A DNA stretch of 20,000 nt from Spirogloea muscicola (taxonomy: Eukaryota). The notes beneath the pieces are model-generated. The model saw nothing but the letters and a program-made list of their open reading frames with translations, made no database searches and was not told where the DNA came from. The stretch is taken from the NCBI GenBank assembly GCA_009602725.1, contig WELB01000007.1, forward strand, positions 463,713 to 483,712. The letters run 5' to 3'. The translations under genes and the position numbers were made by a program. Shown piece after piece: positions 9,217 through 18,748 of the stretch. Within the stretch, counting starts at the first letter, position 1; each line of letters begins with the position of its first letter.

Positions 9217-12200
9217 ATGGCCAGTCTGATGGCCGCCATGGTCGCCGCCGCGAGTGAGCGCAGCTCTCACAACCGCGCGCTTGTCGTCGAGCGTGGCAGT
9301 GAAGCGGCATTTCTCCGGCGACGGCGCGGAGGCCGCGGCGGGATCATCCAGCGGTCAGCACCTTCCTCCAGGCCTCAGCTGCAAGGCCATATCGTCGCTG
9401 CCTGCGGGCCCCGCGAGCTGGCAGCGGCCTCCACTGCAGCAGCGGGCATGATGGATGCTGCGCTGTCGCCTGTACCGGCGATGCAGACGAATTGGAGCTG
9501 CCTTCACCAGTGGTGGCCGGCTTCATCTCGGCAACGCAGTACTGGCAGAGTCGCCAGCCCGCGGCCGCTGGCAGCGACGAGGACCGTCGGCGCGCCGAGC
9601 GTGACGCTGAAGACGGCGACGACGGGAGCGGCAGCGAGTACAAGGCCTCGACGACCGACGGCTCTGCAAGCGAGGAGGAGGAGGAGGAGGAGGAGCGGCG
9701 TGGCGTTAAGAGGAGCCTCGCTGAGGCATGCACCTCGGATAGCGGCAGCGGTGATGACATAGAGGACCGGCCGCTCTCGCTGCGGAGGAAGCGGATCCGG
9801 CAGCGGAAGGGGGGCGCGCCCAAGACTCCGTCGTCGGAAGCGGTAGCGGAGGACACGGAAGTGGAGGATGAGGAGGATGATGCGGAAGAGGATGATGAGA
9901 GAGAGGAGGCCGAGGGCGGCAAGGGCAAGCGCAAGCAGCGTGGCATTGAGCGGAAGAAGCTGCCGCGGCGCGCTGCGCCCGCGGCGCTCTTCAAACGCAG
10001 CCGCGAGGACGAGGCGCGCCTGCAGGGGTTCGCTGGCCCCGAGGACATGGAGGCCTGGGAGCGCAGGGTTGGTCATGGGGGGGAGGACGACAACGCTGAG
10101 GAGGCTGCTGTCAACCCCGACGCCCTCGTGCAGCGGAAAGAGCCCCTTCCCAAGCGCGAGCCGCCTCCGGAGCTGCTCATGCCGCTGCTGCCATTCCAGA
10201 AAGAGTGGCTCGCCTGGAGTCTCCGGCAGGAGGACACGCCGATCAAGGTGAGCTGTTGTGAGCAGTCTTTGGCAGACTGCCACCTGTCAATCAGCACACT
10301 GGGGCGAGATGCACTAAGCATCTATCAAATACTTACGGAACTTGCTCATGATGCTTTTCGTCACTGCATACTTCAGGAGCCTGCAACTGTTCCCATTGAA
10401 GAATCTGTTTGCTCAAGCTAATCTGTCGTGAGATGACAAATAGTTGCTGCCACTTGGAACACAACCCCTCAGTGGTCTGACGTCAACGTCTGCTGCCGTG
10501 CTTGCTCTGCTGCCTGGCTGTCGCAGGGTGGAATCCTGGCGGACGAGATGGGCATGGGCAAGACGATTCAGGTGCGTCTTTCGCAGCCGCCGCGCTGCTG
10601 CCACAGCCTGCGCTGGCTCTGCAAAGGCAAGCCTGACGTGGTCGCCGTTGATGGCAGGCCGAGCCCCTGCTTGGAAGCTGGCCCTCCCTGACATCCACCG
10701 CTGCGGCTTGGCTCTTGGCAGGCCATCTCGCTGATCGCGGCGGGCCGTCATGTTTCGAGGCCTGCCGGCCACGCCCTGTGCAGCCTCTGGCCAGGTGTCG
10801 CGCCGCTGCCGCCTGAGCCGCCGGGCGGGCCACAGTCGTCAGCCCGGGCTGCAGCCCGGCGGATGTCTGCTTCCGACATCAACCGCGTGTCAGCTGGCGC
10901 ACTGCTCGCAGCGGAGCTGGGCGTGGCAGTTTCTGCAACACAAGCCAAATCCCCAGCGCCGCCCCCCGCTCCAGAGGTCCAGCTGCCGCAGGTGAAGGCA
11001 ACGCTGGTGGTCTGCCCGCTGGTGGCCGTCATCCAGTGGCGGCAGGAAGTGGCGCGCTTCACAGCGCCGGGTAGCATGCGTGTGCTCGTGTATCACGGCC
11101 CCAAGCGCGCCATCTCAGCGGAGGAGCTGGCAGCCTACGACGTCGTGCTGACGACGTATGCGATCGTGGAGGCGGAGTACCGCCGGCACGTGAAGCCCGA
11201 CAAGGAGGCCTGCCGGTGGTGCGCCCGGCGGTACTACCCGGACCGCCTGAGGTTGCACCTCAAGTACTTCTGCGGGCCCGGCGCCAAGCGCAGCGACCGG
11301 CAGGCCAAGACGCAGAAGAAGCGGCCCGCCAAGTTCTTGGCCGCGCTGGCGTTTGGCAAGGCCGGGACGTCAGCGGCGCGGGGCGCCATGGAGGATGGCG
11401 CCGAGGAGGAGGAGGACGGCAGTGACAGCAATTCCGAGGTGGGCGGCGGGGAGCACCAAAAGCAGGGCAAAGGCAAGGCGCTGGTGACGGCGCGCAAGGG
11501 GCACGGCAGCAGCCGTGGCGGCGGCGGGCGAGGCAGGGGCAGGGGCCGGGGCCGCAAAGGGTGGGGCGGCCGTGAAGGGAGCCGCATCAGCGTAGGTGAC
11601 CTGCGCGCCGCTGTGGAGGTCGCGGTGGTGGAGGCTGAGCTGGACGCGGAGCTGGCGGCCGCGCCGTTGTCGACTTTGCCCGGCGCCGCCCGGCCCGCTT
11701 CCATGCTGCACGCATACCGCTGGGCCAGGATTGTCCTTGACGAGGTACAGCTGGCACACCCGGTCACCGCATCTCATCCCTTGAATGACAAATTGTTACT
11801 CAAGGCACTTTTTCACCTATTTGTCACGCAGTTGCTCGTTGCATGACATGGTGGTGGCAGCACGTCAATGTGTTCACAAGTGCTTGCTGGGCAGCGTCAG
11901 TATTTGTGCGTCAAGACAAGATCCTGGCTGAGCCCCTTGTTTGTGCCTGCCCGCCTGTGCACGCCAGGCGCACTCGATCAAGGACCGCCGCTGCAGCACG
12001 GCCAAGGCGGTCTTTGCGCTCCAATCCGAATTCAAATGGGCGCTCAGCGGAACGCCACTGCAGAACCGCGTTGGCGAGCTGTACTCGCTTGTGCGCTTCT
12101 TGCAGATCGAGCCCTACTCTTACTACTTCTGCCGCAAATGCGACTGCAAGTCGCTTGACTACAGGTGCCTCTCTCCACAGCAGCTCGTGTCTGCTCCCTC

Positions 12201-15200
12201 CATGCAGCTTGCGCAGCCTGACTTCCTCAGTAGCAGATACAATGATGGTCTAGCTCATGGCTGCTTGCAAATCTACAAGGCTGATTAGGAGCCTCAATTG
12301 TGCTATAGAAATAAGTGCTGGTGACCAGTTTTACAAAATGCATAGTCGTGTCTGCTGGCTGCTGCAGCTTTGGCAAGGATTGGCGTAAATGCGACCACTG
12401 CGGGCATGGACCATTGCACCATTTTTGCTGGTGGAACAAATACGTGGCAAACCCGATCAAGAAGTGGGGCTACGTTGCAGACGGCCGGCGCGCCATGATG
12501 CTGCTCAAACACCGCGTGCTTGACCAGACGCTACTGCGGCGCACCAAGGTGGAGCGTGCAGCGGATCTTACGCTGCCGCCGCGCACCACTGTCCTGCGCA
12601 AGGACGCCTTCGATGCCAAGGAGGAGGATTTTTACCAGGCGCTGTATACGCAAAGCCAGTCCCAGTTTGCCACGTACGTCGACTCGGGCACTGTTCTGAA
12701 CAACTATGCTCACATCTTCGACCTCCTCATCCGCCTCCGCCAGGTGTAACTCGCTGCCCTTGTGCAACCTTACATCAAATGCTGTGGTAGTGATCTTTGC
12801 AGTTTTGTGTGGTATGCTGACATTTGTGCCATCGTTACACTGTGGTAGGCTGTGGACCACCCCTACCTCGTTGTGCACAGTGCGAGCGGGTCCCAGGGCG
12901 TTGCGCAGACGTCCCAGGTGCTTGTCCTGGAGCCCCAGCGGGCGGCCTCAGCGGGCATCTGCGGCATCTGTCACGACCCTGTGGAAGACTCAGTTGTACG
13001 TGCTGTGGCATAATCAGAATGATTCATACATGATCCTTACCAGTGTCACCGTTGGTTTTATGATAGCTTCCAGACAGGCCTGACATGCAGGACAACGTTC
13101 AGCCCGGTTGCCTTGTGATGTCCTAGTGTACTTATCCTTGCTCGCATCTCAGTATCAGGCGGATGGCTTGTGCAGGTCACGGCATGCGACCACCCGTTTT
13201 GTCGTACCTGCCTGCAAGAGTATGTCTCAGCAGCAGGCGGCAGCGCAGTGACCACCGAAGCCGCCACAGGGCTGCCTGCAGTGCTTGCAGCGCCGCAATG
13301 CCCCACTTGCCAGAAGCCTCTGACGGTGGACTTGGCGAGCCCCTCTGGGGCATCCGCAGAGTACTCTAACTCCCCAGCCAAGGCAGGTGGCAGCTACGGG
13401 CGACGAGCAAAGAGCATACTTGCCCGCATTGACTTGAGCAAGTACCAGAGCAGCACCAAGATCGAAGCGCTTGTACGTGATTTTGAAGGCATACCTACCA
13501 ATGTCCCTTGAAGTTCAGGGTTTATGACATACTTCACTAGTGTCCTCATTATAGGGCATGTTGCTCAGCTGGAGAAGCAGAGGTCTTGTGCACTTGACTT
13601 CTCATGCTGAAAGAGCATGGGGCGCGTGTGCAGAGGGAGGAGATTTTTTCCTCCCTCTGCAGTGATGATGGAGAAGGATCCCTCAGCCAAGTGCTTAGTC
13701 TTCAGCCAGTTCACGTCCATGCTTGAGCTCATCTCTTTCCGACTTAAGCAGGTGCTTTAGGAACCTCGACTTTTGCTGGCACTCCTTGCAGTCTCACCTT
13801 GCCCTGACGGATCATGAAAGTATTGTGATCCTTGCTGTTGCCTCAATGCTATGGAACAAAATGATGGTGCAGCTCTGTGCAAGCTTTGCTTTATCTCTGT
13901 GTTTGTGACCTTGTGAGCTCACGTTGTGTGATCGCCATTCAATTCAGTTCAGTGAAGTGTGTGCTCACCTATTATTTGCTTATGGAGCTGTTTGGTCTGG
14001 ACCAGGTCGGCATAGTCTGTGTGAAGCTGGATGGAAGCATGACCATGGAGGCCAGGGACCGCATGATCAAGGCCTTCACAGATGATCCAGATTGCAAGGT
14101 GCGTAGCGTGAGTTGCTCTAATTTTTGCTGGGACGGTGGTGCAAGTTACATTAGTATGTGGTAAGCGTGGGATGAGATCTGCGAGTGACCATGTCATGAC
14201 ATGAGATTTGTGCCAGTGAGTGGTCTTACAAGCTGAAGGGGGGGTGCCAGGAGAGGGTTGAATGTGCCCTCGCAGCACAATGTTCCAGTATCTCACTGGG
14301 CATCAGAAAATCTGGCAGGTGTTCTTGATGAGCCTGAAGGCAGGTGGAGTTGCGCTCAACCTCACCGTAGCATCGCAGGTCAGTCTCAGGCCTTGGCTCA
14401 ATGACAACGACCCCCTCTAGGAGCACATTTGAGCCTCTAGTTATGCTTTAGACGCATTCTTGGTCAACAGTATGCAAAGGCTTGCCTGTCAATCTTCATG
14501 TCCCCGGTTGTTAGGCCGTGAAGCAGGTCCGTTGTAGACCCTGTATTTAGAAGCGAGACCTACTATTTCTGAAAGCAATGGCTTTCTGAGCAGGTGTTTC
14601 TGATGGACCCGTGGTGGAACCCTGCTGTTGAGCAGCAAGCTCAGGACCGCATACACCGATTGGGACAATACAAGCCAATTGTGTAAGCCACTACGGCCAG
14701 CGTGGATCACGTCTTAACCAAACCTCACACCCAGCAATCCTGTCACGTTCTTGCTTGACTTGAAGAGAACTGTTGAGATTGTTAGCTTCTTCAAGGCATG
14801 TCTTGTGTGGTCAGTTGAGCAAATCAGGCTGAGGTCGCTGTATGCACTTATTTATGTTAAGAGGCAAAGTATAAGCACTTCTCGAAATGCATCTCATGGT
14901 GCCCAATTCGAGGACGTTGTCTGGACAAACTCATTAATGTGGAAGCTAAGTTTAGAAGATTTTGTTTGGCGATGATGCCGAAAATCTCTGCAGGGTGACT
15001 CGCTTTGTGATTGAGAACACCATCGAGGAGCGTATACTGAAGTTGCAGGAGAAGAAGCAGCTCGTTTTTGAAGGGTAAGCTTTCAGGCCCTCGCATGACA
15101 AAGCTGCTGGTGCTGAGCTCCTGCTGGGGCACTCAAGCTACCTCAGTGTTCTTCTGCTGCGGTCCTTGGTTTTCACTTGGTGCAAGTCCTGTTTGTGTCT

Positions 15201-15347
15201 CATGGACCGTGGTCCGAAGCTCTGGTCAGTGACCGTGGCTCAGCTACGTCAGGAACTTGTGGGTTGGCACGCAGGACTGTTGGTGGCTCGGCGGAAGCCC
15301 TGGGCAGGTTGACTGAAGATGACATGCGATTTCTCTTCTCAAACTGA
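9217..15347 (+). CDS. RAD16: RAD16-like SWI2/SNF2 ATPase with C3HC4 RING finger (global-genome nucleotide excision repair family), about 1130 aa; apparent 13-nt frameshifting insertion at 13646-13658
   Basis: Exons: tentative 9217-9253, then about 9487-10247 (acidic/basic N-terminus, [11 protein letters not shown]), 10527-10571 ([15 protein letters not shown], Walker A), 10722-11744 ([29 protein letters not shown]), 11968-12164 (AH.., [22 protein letters not shown]), 12368-12743 ([21 protein letters not shown]), 12849-12995 ([14 protein letters not shown]), 13176-13472 ([21 protein letters not shown]), 13634-13751 ([28 protein letters not shown]), 14006-14098, 14319-14378 ([20 protein letters not shown]), 14594-14682 ([21 protein letters not shown]), 14994-15074, 15275-15347 ([23 protein letters not shown]). 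The start codon is uncertain (ATGs at 9217, 9229, 9238). Confidence 0.92.
13629..13661. repeat. Perfect 13-bp inverted repeat spanning a RAD16 splice acceptor
   Basis: TGCAGAGGGAGGA (13629-13641), loop GATTTTT, then TCCTCCCTCTGCA (13649-13661). Confidence 0.92.
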
Positions 15348-15559
15348 GGAGGTGTTGACTGTGGTTGAGGTTGTTGTCATCTCTTTTTGCCACAAGGTAG
15401 TAGATTGGAGGGCATTCTGATCAGCTAGATTAGTCAATGAGACAAGGTAATATCAGGGGCTTTAAAACTACAGTACTCTGTGGCCACAGGATATGACACT
15501 GCTGCAGGCGCTTTGATTGTCGAGCAAGCAGTCATACCCCCCCTGTCACATTCATTATT

Positions 15560-15564
15560 TGTAA
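15560..15564 (+). promoter_or_regulatory. Possible TGTAA polyadenylation signal of RAD16
   Basis: TGTAA, the known chlorophyte poly(A) signal, lies about 210 nt after the stop in an AT-rich stretch. A minus-strand TGTAA at 102-98 lies a similar distance after the ferredoxin stop. A 5-mer can occur by chance. Confidence 0.3.
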
Positions 15565-16349
15565 CAAATCGACTGAGACATTTGTACAAAAATGTACAAA
15601 ATAAGACATTTCTATGCATTAATTGGTTTTGAGAGAGGGCACAGTCAGTCAGCGACCCGGTCAGGCGGCATTCGCATGGCCTTCTTCACAGCATGCTGTT
15701 GATCTTGTCTTGGCGAGTCAAGGTCTAGATCAGACAGTAACCAGTCTGATCGTTGACATCATCAGGGCCAGCCTCACTCGACTTGTCAGGTGCATAAGCT
15801 GTCCACAGTGTGAAAGAGGAGCATTGTCAAAGCCCCCTCTGCTTCATATGCTGAGCTTCACCAAGCAAGCTTGGCAGATGTTTGCAAGGCAGGCTCCATC
15901 AGGAGCACGTGATGACAGGGGCGCTAAGAGGGCTCCTCTGTGTACAATGGCCAGACGAGCAATGATCACAGTGACAAAGATGAATCCTGATGATTATCGA
16001 GCCCAGATGCAGAGGACTGCTGCAAACGCCTTGTACCAGACGCCTTGTGCCATAGCCTTCAATGCAGGGCGCTTGCCAATTTCAGTTGATATCATGTCTT
16101 GATCAACGATGGGCTGTTAAATTGCGCCCTCAAATAGGCAGTTGGTGACTATAGAGCCTTACCATTGACGTTGTGGTCATGAGGAAATGCAATCCTTATG
16201 GGGAGCGGCTGTGAATGGCCAACTCTTTTCCAAAAGGGAACGACTTGGTCCTCATAGGGGGGTCAGACGAAGGGCACGAGAGTTGGACGGAGTTGGATGA
16301 GATAAGCACAGCTCATGCGAGGATCTTGTGATTTCAGCCAACCAGAAGG

Positions 16350-16700
16350 GTGTAAGAGGGGGCGATGGTTGTGAATGACCAAATGAAGAGTGAACAAGGT
16401 CTGAAGAGGCGGGACAGAGCTAGACTGCGCAGCAAGTGGCTACTACGTTGGGTGATCAAAGTCCCAAGTGGACCCCGGCTGAGAGTGAAGTGCCAGCAAG
16501 GAGGTAAGCCCGTGAGGTCAGACTGTAGGGATTAGGCTGCAGCGATGGATTGGCAAGCAGGCCGAGAGCAGAGGCAAGCGTGGCGAGAAGGCGTTGGGGG
16601 AGGAATTGGATCCTCATGAGGAGAAGATGCAGTCTTGCTAAGGGGCTTGGGCTGTGGAAAGCCAGCCCACAAGCCAACGAACAAGGGATAGAAAAGGGGC
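16350..16700 (-). mobile_element. Highly degenerate 3'-UTR fragments of the element
   Basis: CTTCAGACCTTGTTC on the minus strand at about 16392-16406 matches 4119-4133. A CACAACCATCGCCCC-like module is at about 16358-16373, and hairpin TGGGCTG..CAGCCCA is at 16648-16669. Confidence 0.5.
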
Positions 16701-17104
16701 GATGTTCCAAGAGGGGGCGATGAGTCAAAGAGAAGGCGCGCGGTGCGCATATGTTGAGAGGGGAGGCCAAACTAAGCCAATGCACAGCTCAGGCAGAAGC
16801 TAGTGCACAGCATGGGGCTACACAAAGCGGAGCCCTATGCTAAGGGGGGTAAAGGTAACTCGGTGCAAACACCGGCTAAGGGGGCTCTCAGTATTTCTTT
16901 ATGAGAGACCATGAAGATCCGACAGACTAAGTCTGGGAGCCGGAGCACCGCCGCGGAAGCCAGCGGCCTGGACCGTGCGCACTAAGCACAAAGATGATCA
17001 ATAGCCTGGAGATGGACCGTGTATTCAGTGATGGAGGGCCTGGGTTGCCAAAGTCAAGCACATCAACAGATGTAAATCACCTGCTGCTAAGCTGAGCCGC
17101 TCGG

Positions 17105-17215
17105 TGACCACGACTTTGCACGTCGAAGTGGCTAACTGATGCCCGAATACCGGACGGCAAATGACAAGCCCTTCTGCCACCAGCTAAAGCTCGACCAGCT
17201 TTCTGGTCCTGGGAG
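17105..17215 (-). mobile_element. Degenerate C-terminal fragment, second subfamily of the element
   Basis: Reads QKAGRALAGGRRACHLPSGIRASVSHFDVQSRGH, matching HQNAGRALDGSRRASYRPSSIQASISDLHVLTRGY at 18108-18244. Confidence 0.6.
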
Positions 17216-17269
17216 CGGAGCGCCGCCTGGTCGCTTGCTCGCCCATACAGGTGGCGCCTTGCCATCTCC

Positions 17270-17610
17270 CTGCAGCTTTCCTTGGCGTCTGCCGTGCACT
17301 TGTGGGCAGGCCGCGCCTTGGCTGCTGCTCCGCGTTTCAGCGGGATACGCTTTTCAGCCCTCTATTTATTCTAATCTGCACTTGCTGACATCGAGCGCCC
17401 CCTGGCAGAAGTAACGAAGAGCAATTTCGTGCGGTTTGCGCCTACCGGCCCTTGCAGACCTTGTTCATAACTCCGGGCTGGCCAAACACAGCCATCGCCC
17501 TCTACTGGAGAGGGCCTTTCTCTCCGTACTCCTTTGTTCGTTTTTTGTTTAATCTTTTTCTGGGCTGGCCAATCACAGCTATGCCTCTACTGGAAAGTGT
17601 CTCTCTTCTT
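17270..17610 (+). mobile_element. Degenerate 3' end of the element with a tandemly duplicated UTR module
   Basis: Reads QLSLASAVHLWAGRALAAA..YSNLHLLT. The UTR module GGGCTGGCCAA(A/T)CACAGC..CCTCTACTGGA occurs at about 17475-17508 and about 17562-17595. Confidence 0.68.
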
Positions 17611-17664
17611 GTACATGCCTTCAGGCTGGCCCTCTCCCATGTTAGCAAGGGCTATGGAGGAAAA

Positions 17665-17985
17665 GCACTTATTAACCTCTAGGTAGGAGCCGCAAGTCAG
17701 AAATACTAGCAGCCGGAGAGCAATACCCCTGATGAAAGCCAGAGACTGCGGCTAGAGCACGGCCAGCACGCAGATGCAAGGCGTGGGCCATGGACCGTTG
17801 GAGAAGTTTGGACAGGCGCATGGGAAATACCTAGGCTAGCGAGCCGGCGCGTTGAATTTTGCCTGCTCACCCCGCCAGCGGGACACAGCGCGTCGCGCAA
17901 GCCGCGGGCCGAGAGGTGACGCGAAAGCTCCATGCACATTGACGGCCAGTGAGACGAACTTGTCCACTTCCGCGTACTTGGCCTC
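17665..17985 (-). mobile_element. 5'-truncated, frameshifted copy linking the RLE KY motif to the C-terminus
   Basis: Minus strand reads EAKYAEVDKFVSLAVNVHGA..RLARRAVSRWRGEQAKFNA..AHALHLRAGRALAAVSGFHQGYCSPAASISDLRLLPRG*. This shows that the RLE segment and the shared C-terminus belong to one ORF. Confidence 0.75.
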
Positions 17986-18107
17986 TGTGCCACCCTCTAT
18001 GCATTGGAGCGGCGTTCACCGCTGCATGCCCAGCCTTCGAAGACGAAAGACTTCTTCAGTGGAGGGCGATGGCTTTGATTGGTCAGCTCAGAAGAGGAGA
18101 GCCCCGG

Positions 18108-18250
18108 ATTTGCAGCGTGCTCAGGCTAATGCTTTGCACCAGAATGCTGGGCGAGCTCTAGATGGTAGCAGAAGGGCTTCGTATCGGCCATCCAGTATTC
18201 AGGCATCGATTAGCGACCTTCATGTATTGACCCGTGGTTACTGAGCGGGT
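18108..18250 (+). mobile_element. C-terminal fragment, second subfamily of the element
   Basis: Reads LQRAQANALHQNAGRALDGSRRASYRPSSIQASISDLHVLTRGY* (stop ends at 18244). Confidence 0.7.
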
Positions 18251-18334
18251 CAATCTGCTGTAGATGATGTACGTCTCTAGATGTGCTTTCCCAGTACTTG
18301 GCAATTTGGCCTTTGTTTGTTTCAAATACACGAA

Positions 18335-18450
18335 AATTTCCCCGGATTGGAGCGGCTAACCACATCTGTGGTGACCACGTCGGCAATGACTCGCGCGCGG
18401 GCCACACTGCATAGCGTGGTGGCCACCAGGTCGACCTTTTACGCGCCTTC
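18335..18450 (-). mobile_element. RLE catalytic-region fragment of the element
   Basis: Minus strand reads KVDLVATTLCSVARARVIADVVTTDVVSRSNPG, a degenerate (P)D..D core that overlaps in homology with 8068-8110. Confidence 0.62.
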
Positions 18451-18489
18451 TCTCTATCCTACATGTTCCTTGCGTAGCCGTTCTTTCAG

Positions 18490-18748
18490 CGCTTCCGGCC
18501 CCTTCGGACCTTTTGTCATTTCTTCGTACCTTGTCACAAACAAAGGGCTGGCTATTCTGCTATCGACAGCCCCCCCCCTTTGTGTGAGAGCCACGTTCTC
18601 GCTCAGCCGTTGTTGCCTTGGATCGGAGAGCGCGCCCATAGAAAAGAGGGGCTGGCAAAGCCAGCCCAAAATAGAATGGACAATGTCCAAAATGTCGGGG
18701 AAGGGAAGAGACTCTTCCAGTAGAGGGCGATGGCTGTGATTGGCACAT
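18490..18748. mobile_element. 3'-UTR fragments of the element: plus copy at about 18490-18578 and minus copy at about 18628-18748
   Basis: GCTTCCGGCCC..GACCTT..GGGCTGGC is shared with the 7244-7300 copy. A perfect 8-bp stem GGGCTGGC-AAA-GCCAGCCC lies at 18649-18667. Segment 18708-18745 is the reverse complement of the 17480-17515 module. Confidence 0.68.

Noticed and set aside
7909..9270. Long ORFs on both strands spanning the second gap
   Set aside because: They are mostly X residues. The flanks are element remnants or GC-rich sequence with few stops.
9344..11777. Minus-strand ORFs of 115-259 aa
   Set aside because: They are antisense shadows of GC-rich RAD16 exons.
15623..16102. 159-aa plus-strand ORF downstream of RAD16
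   Set aside because: It has a non-ATG start, no recognisable motifs and no convincing splice pattern.
17728..17740. CTGATGA..AAAG as a hammerhead ribozyme core
   Set aside because: There is no stem II between CTGATGA and GAAA, and the stretch is explained as antisense element coding sequence.
4141..18667. Recurrent GGGCTGG..CCAGCCC palindromes as a CRISPR array, REP elements or bacterial terminators
   Set aside because: They are dispersed, irregularly spaced, in eukaryotic DNA, and tied to retroelement 3' ends.
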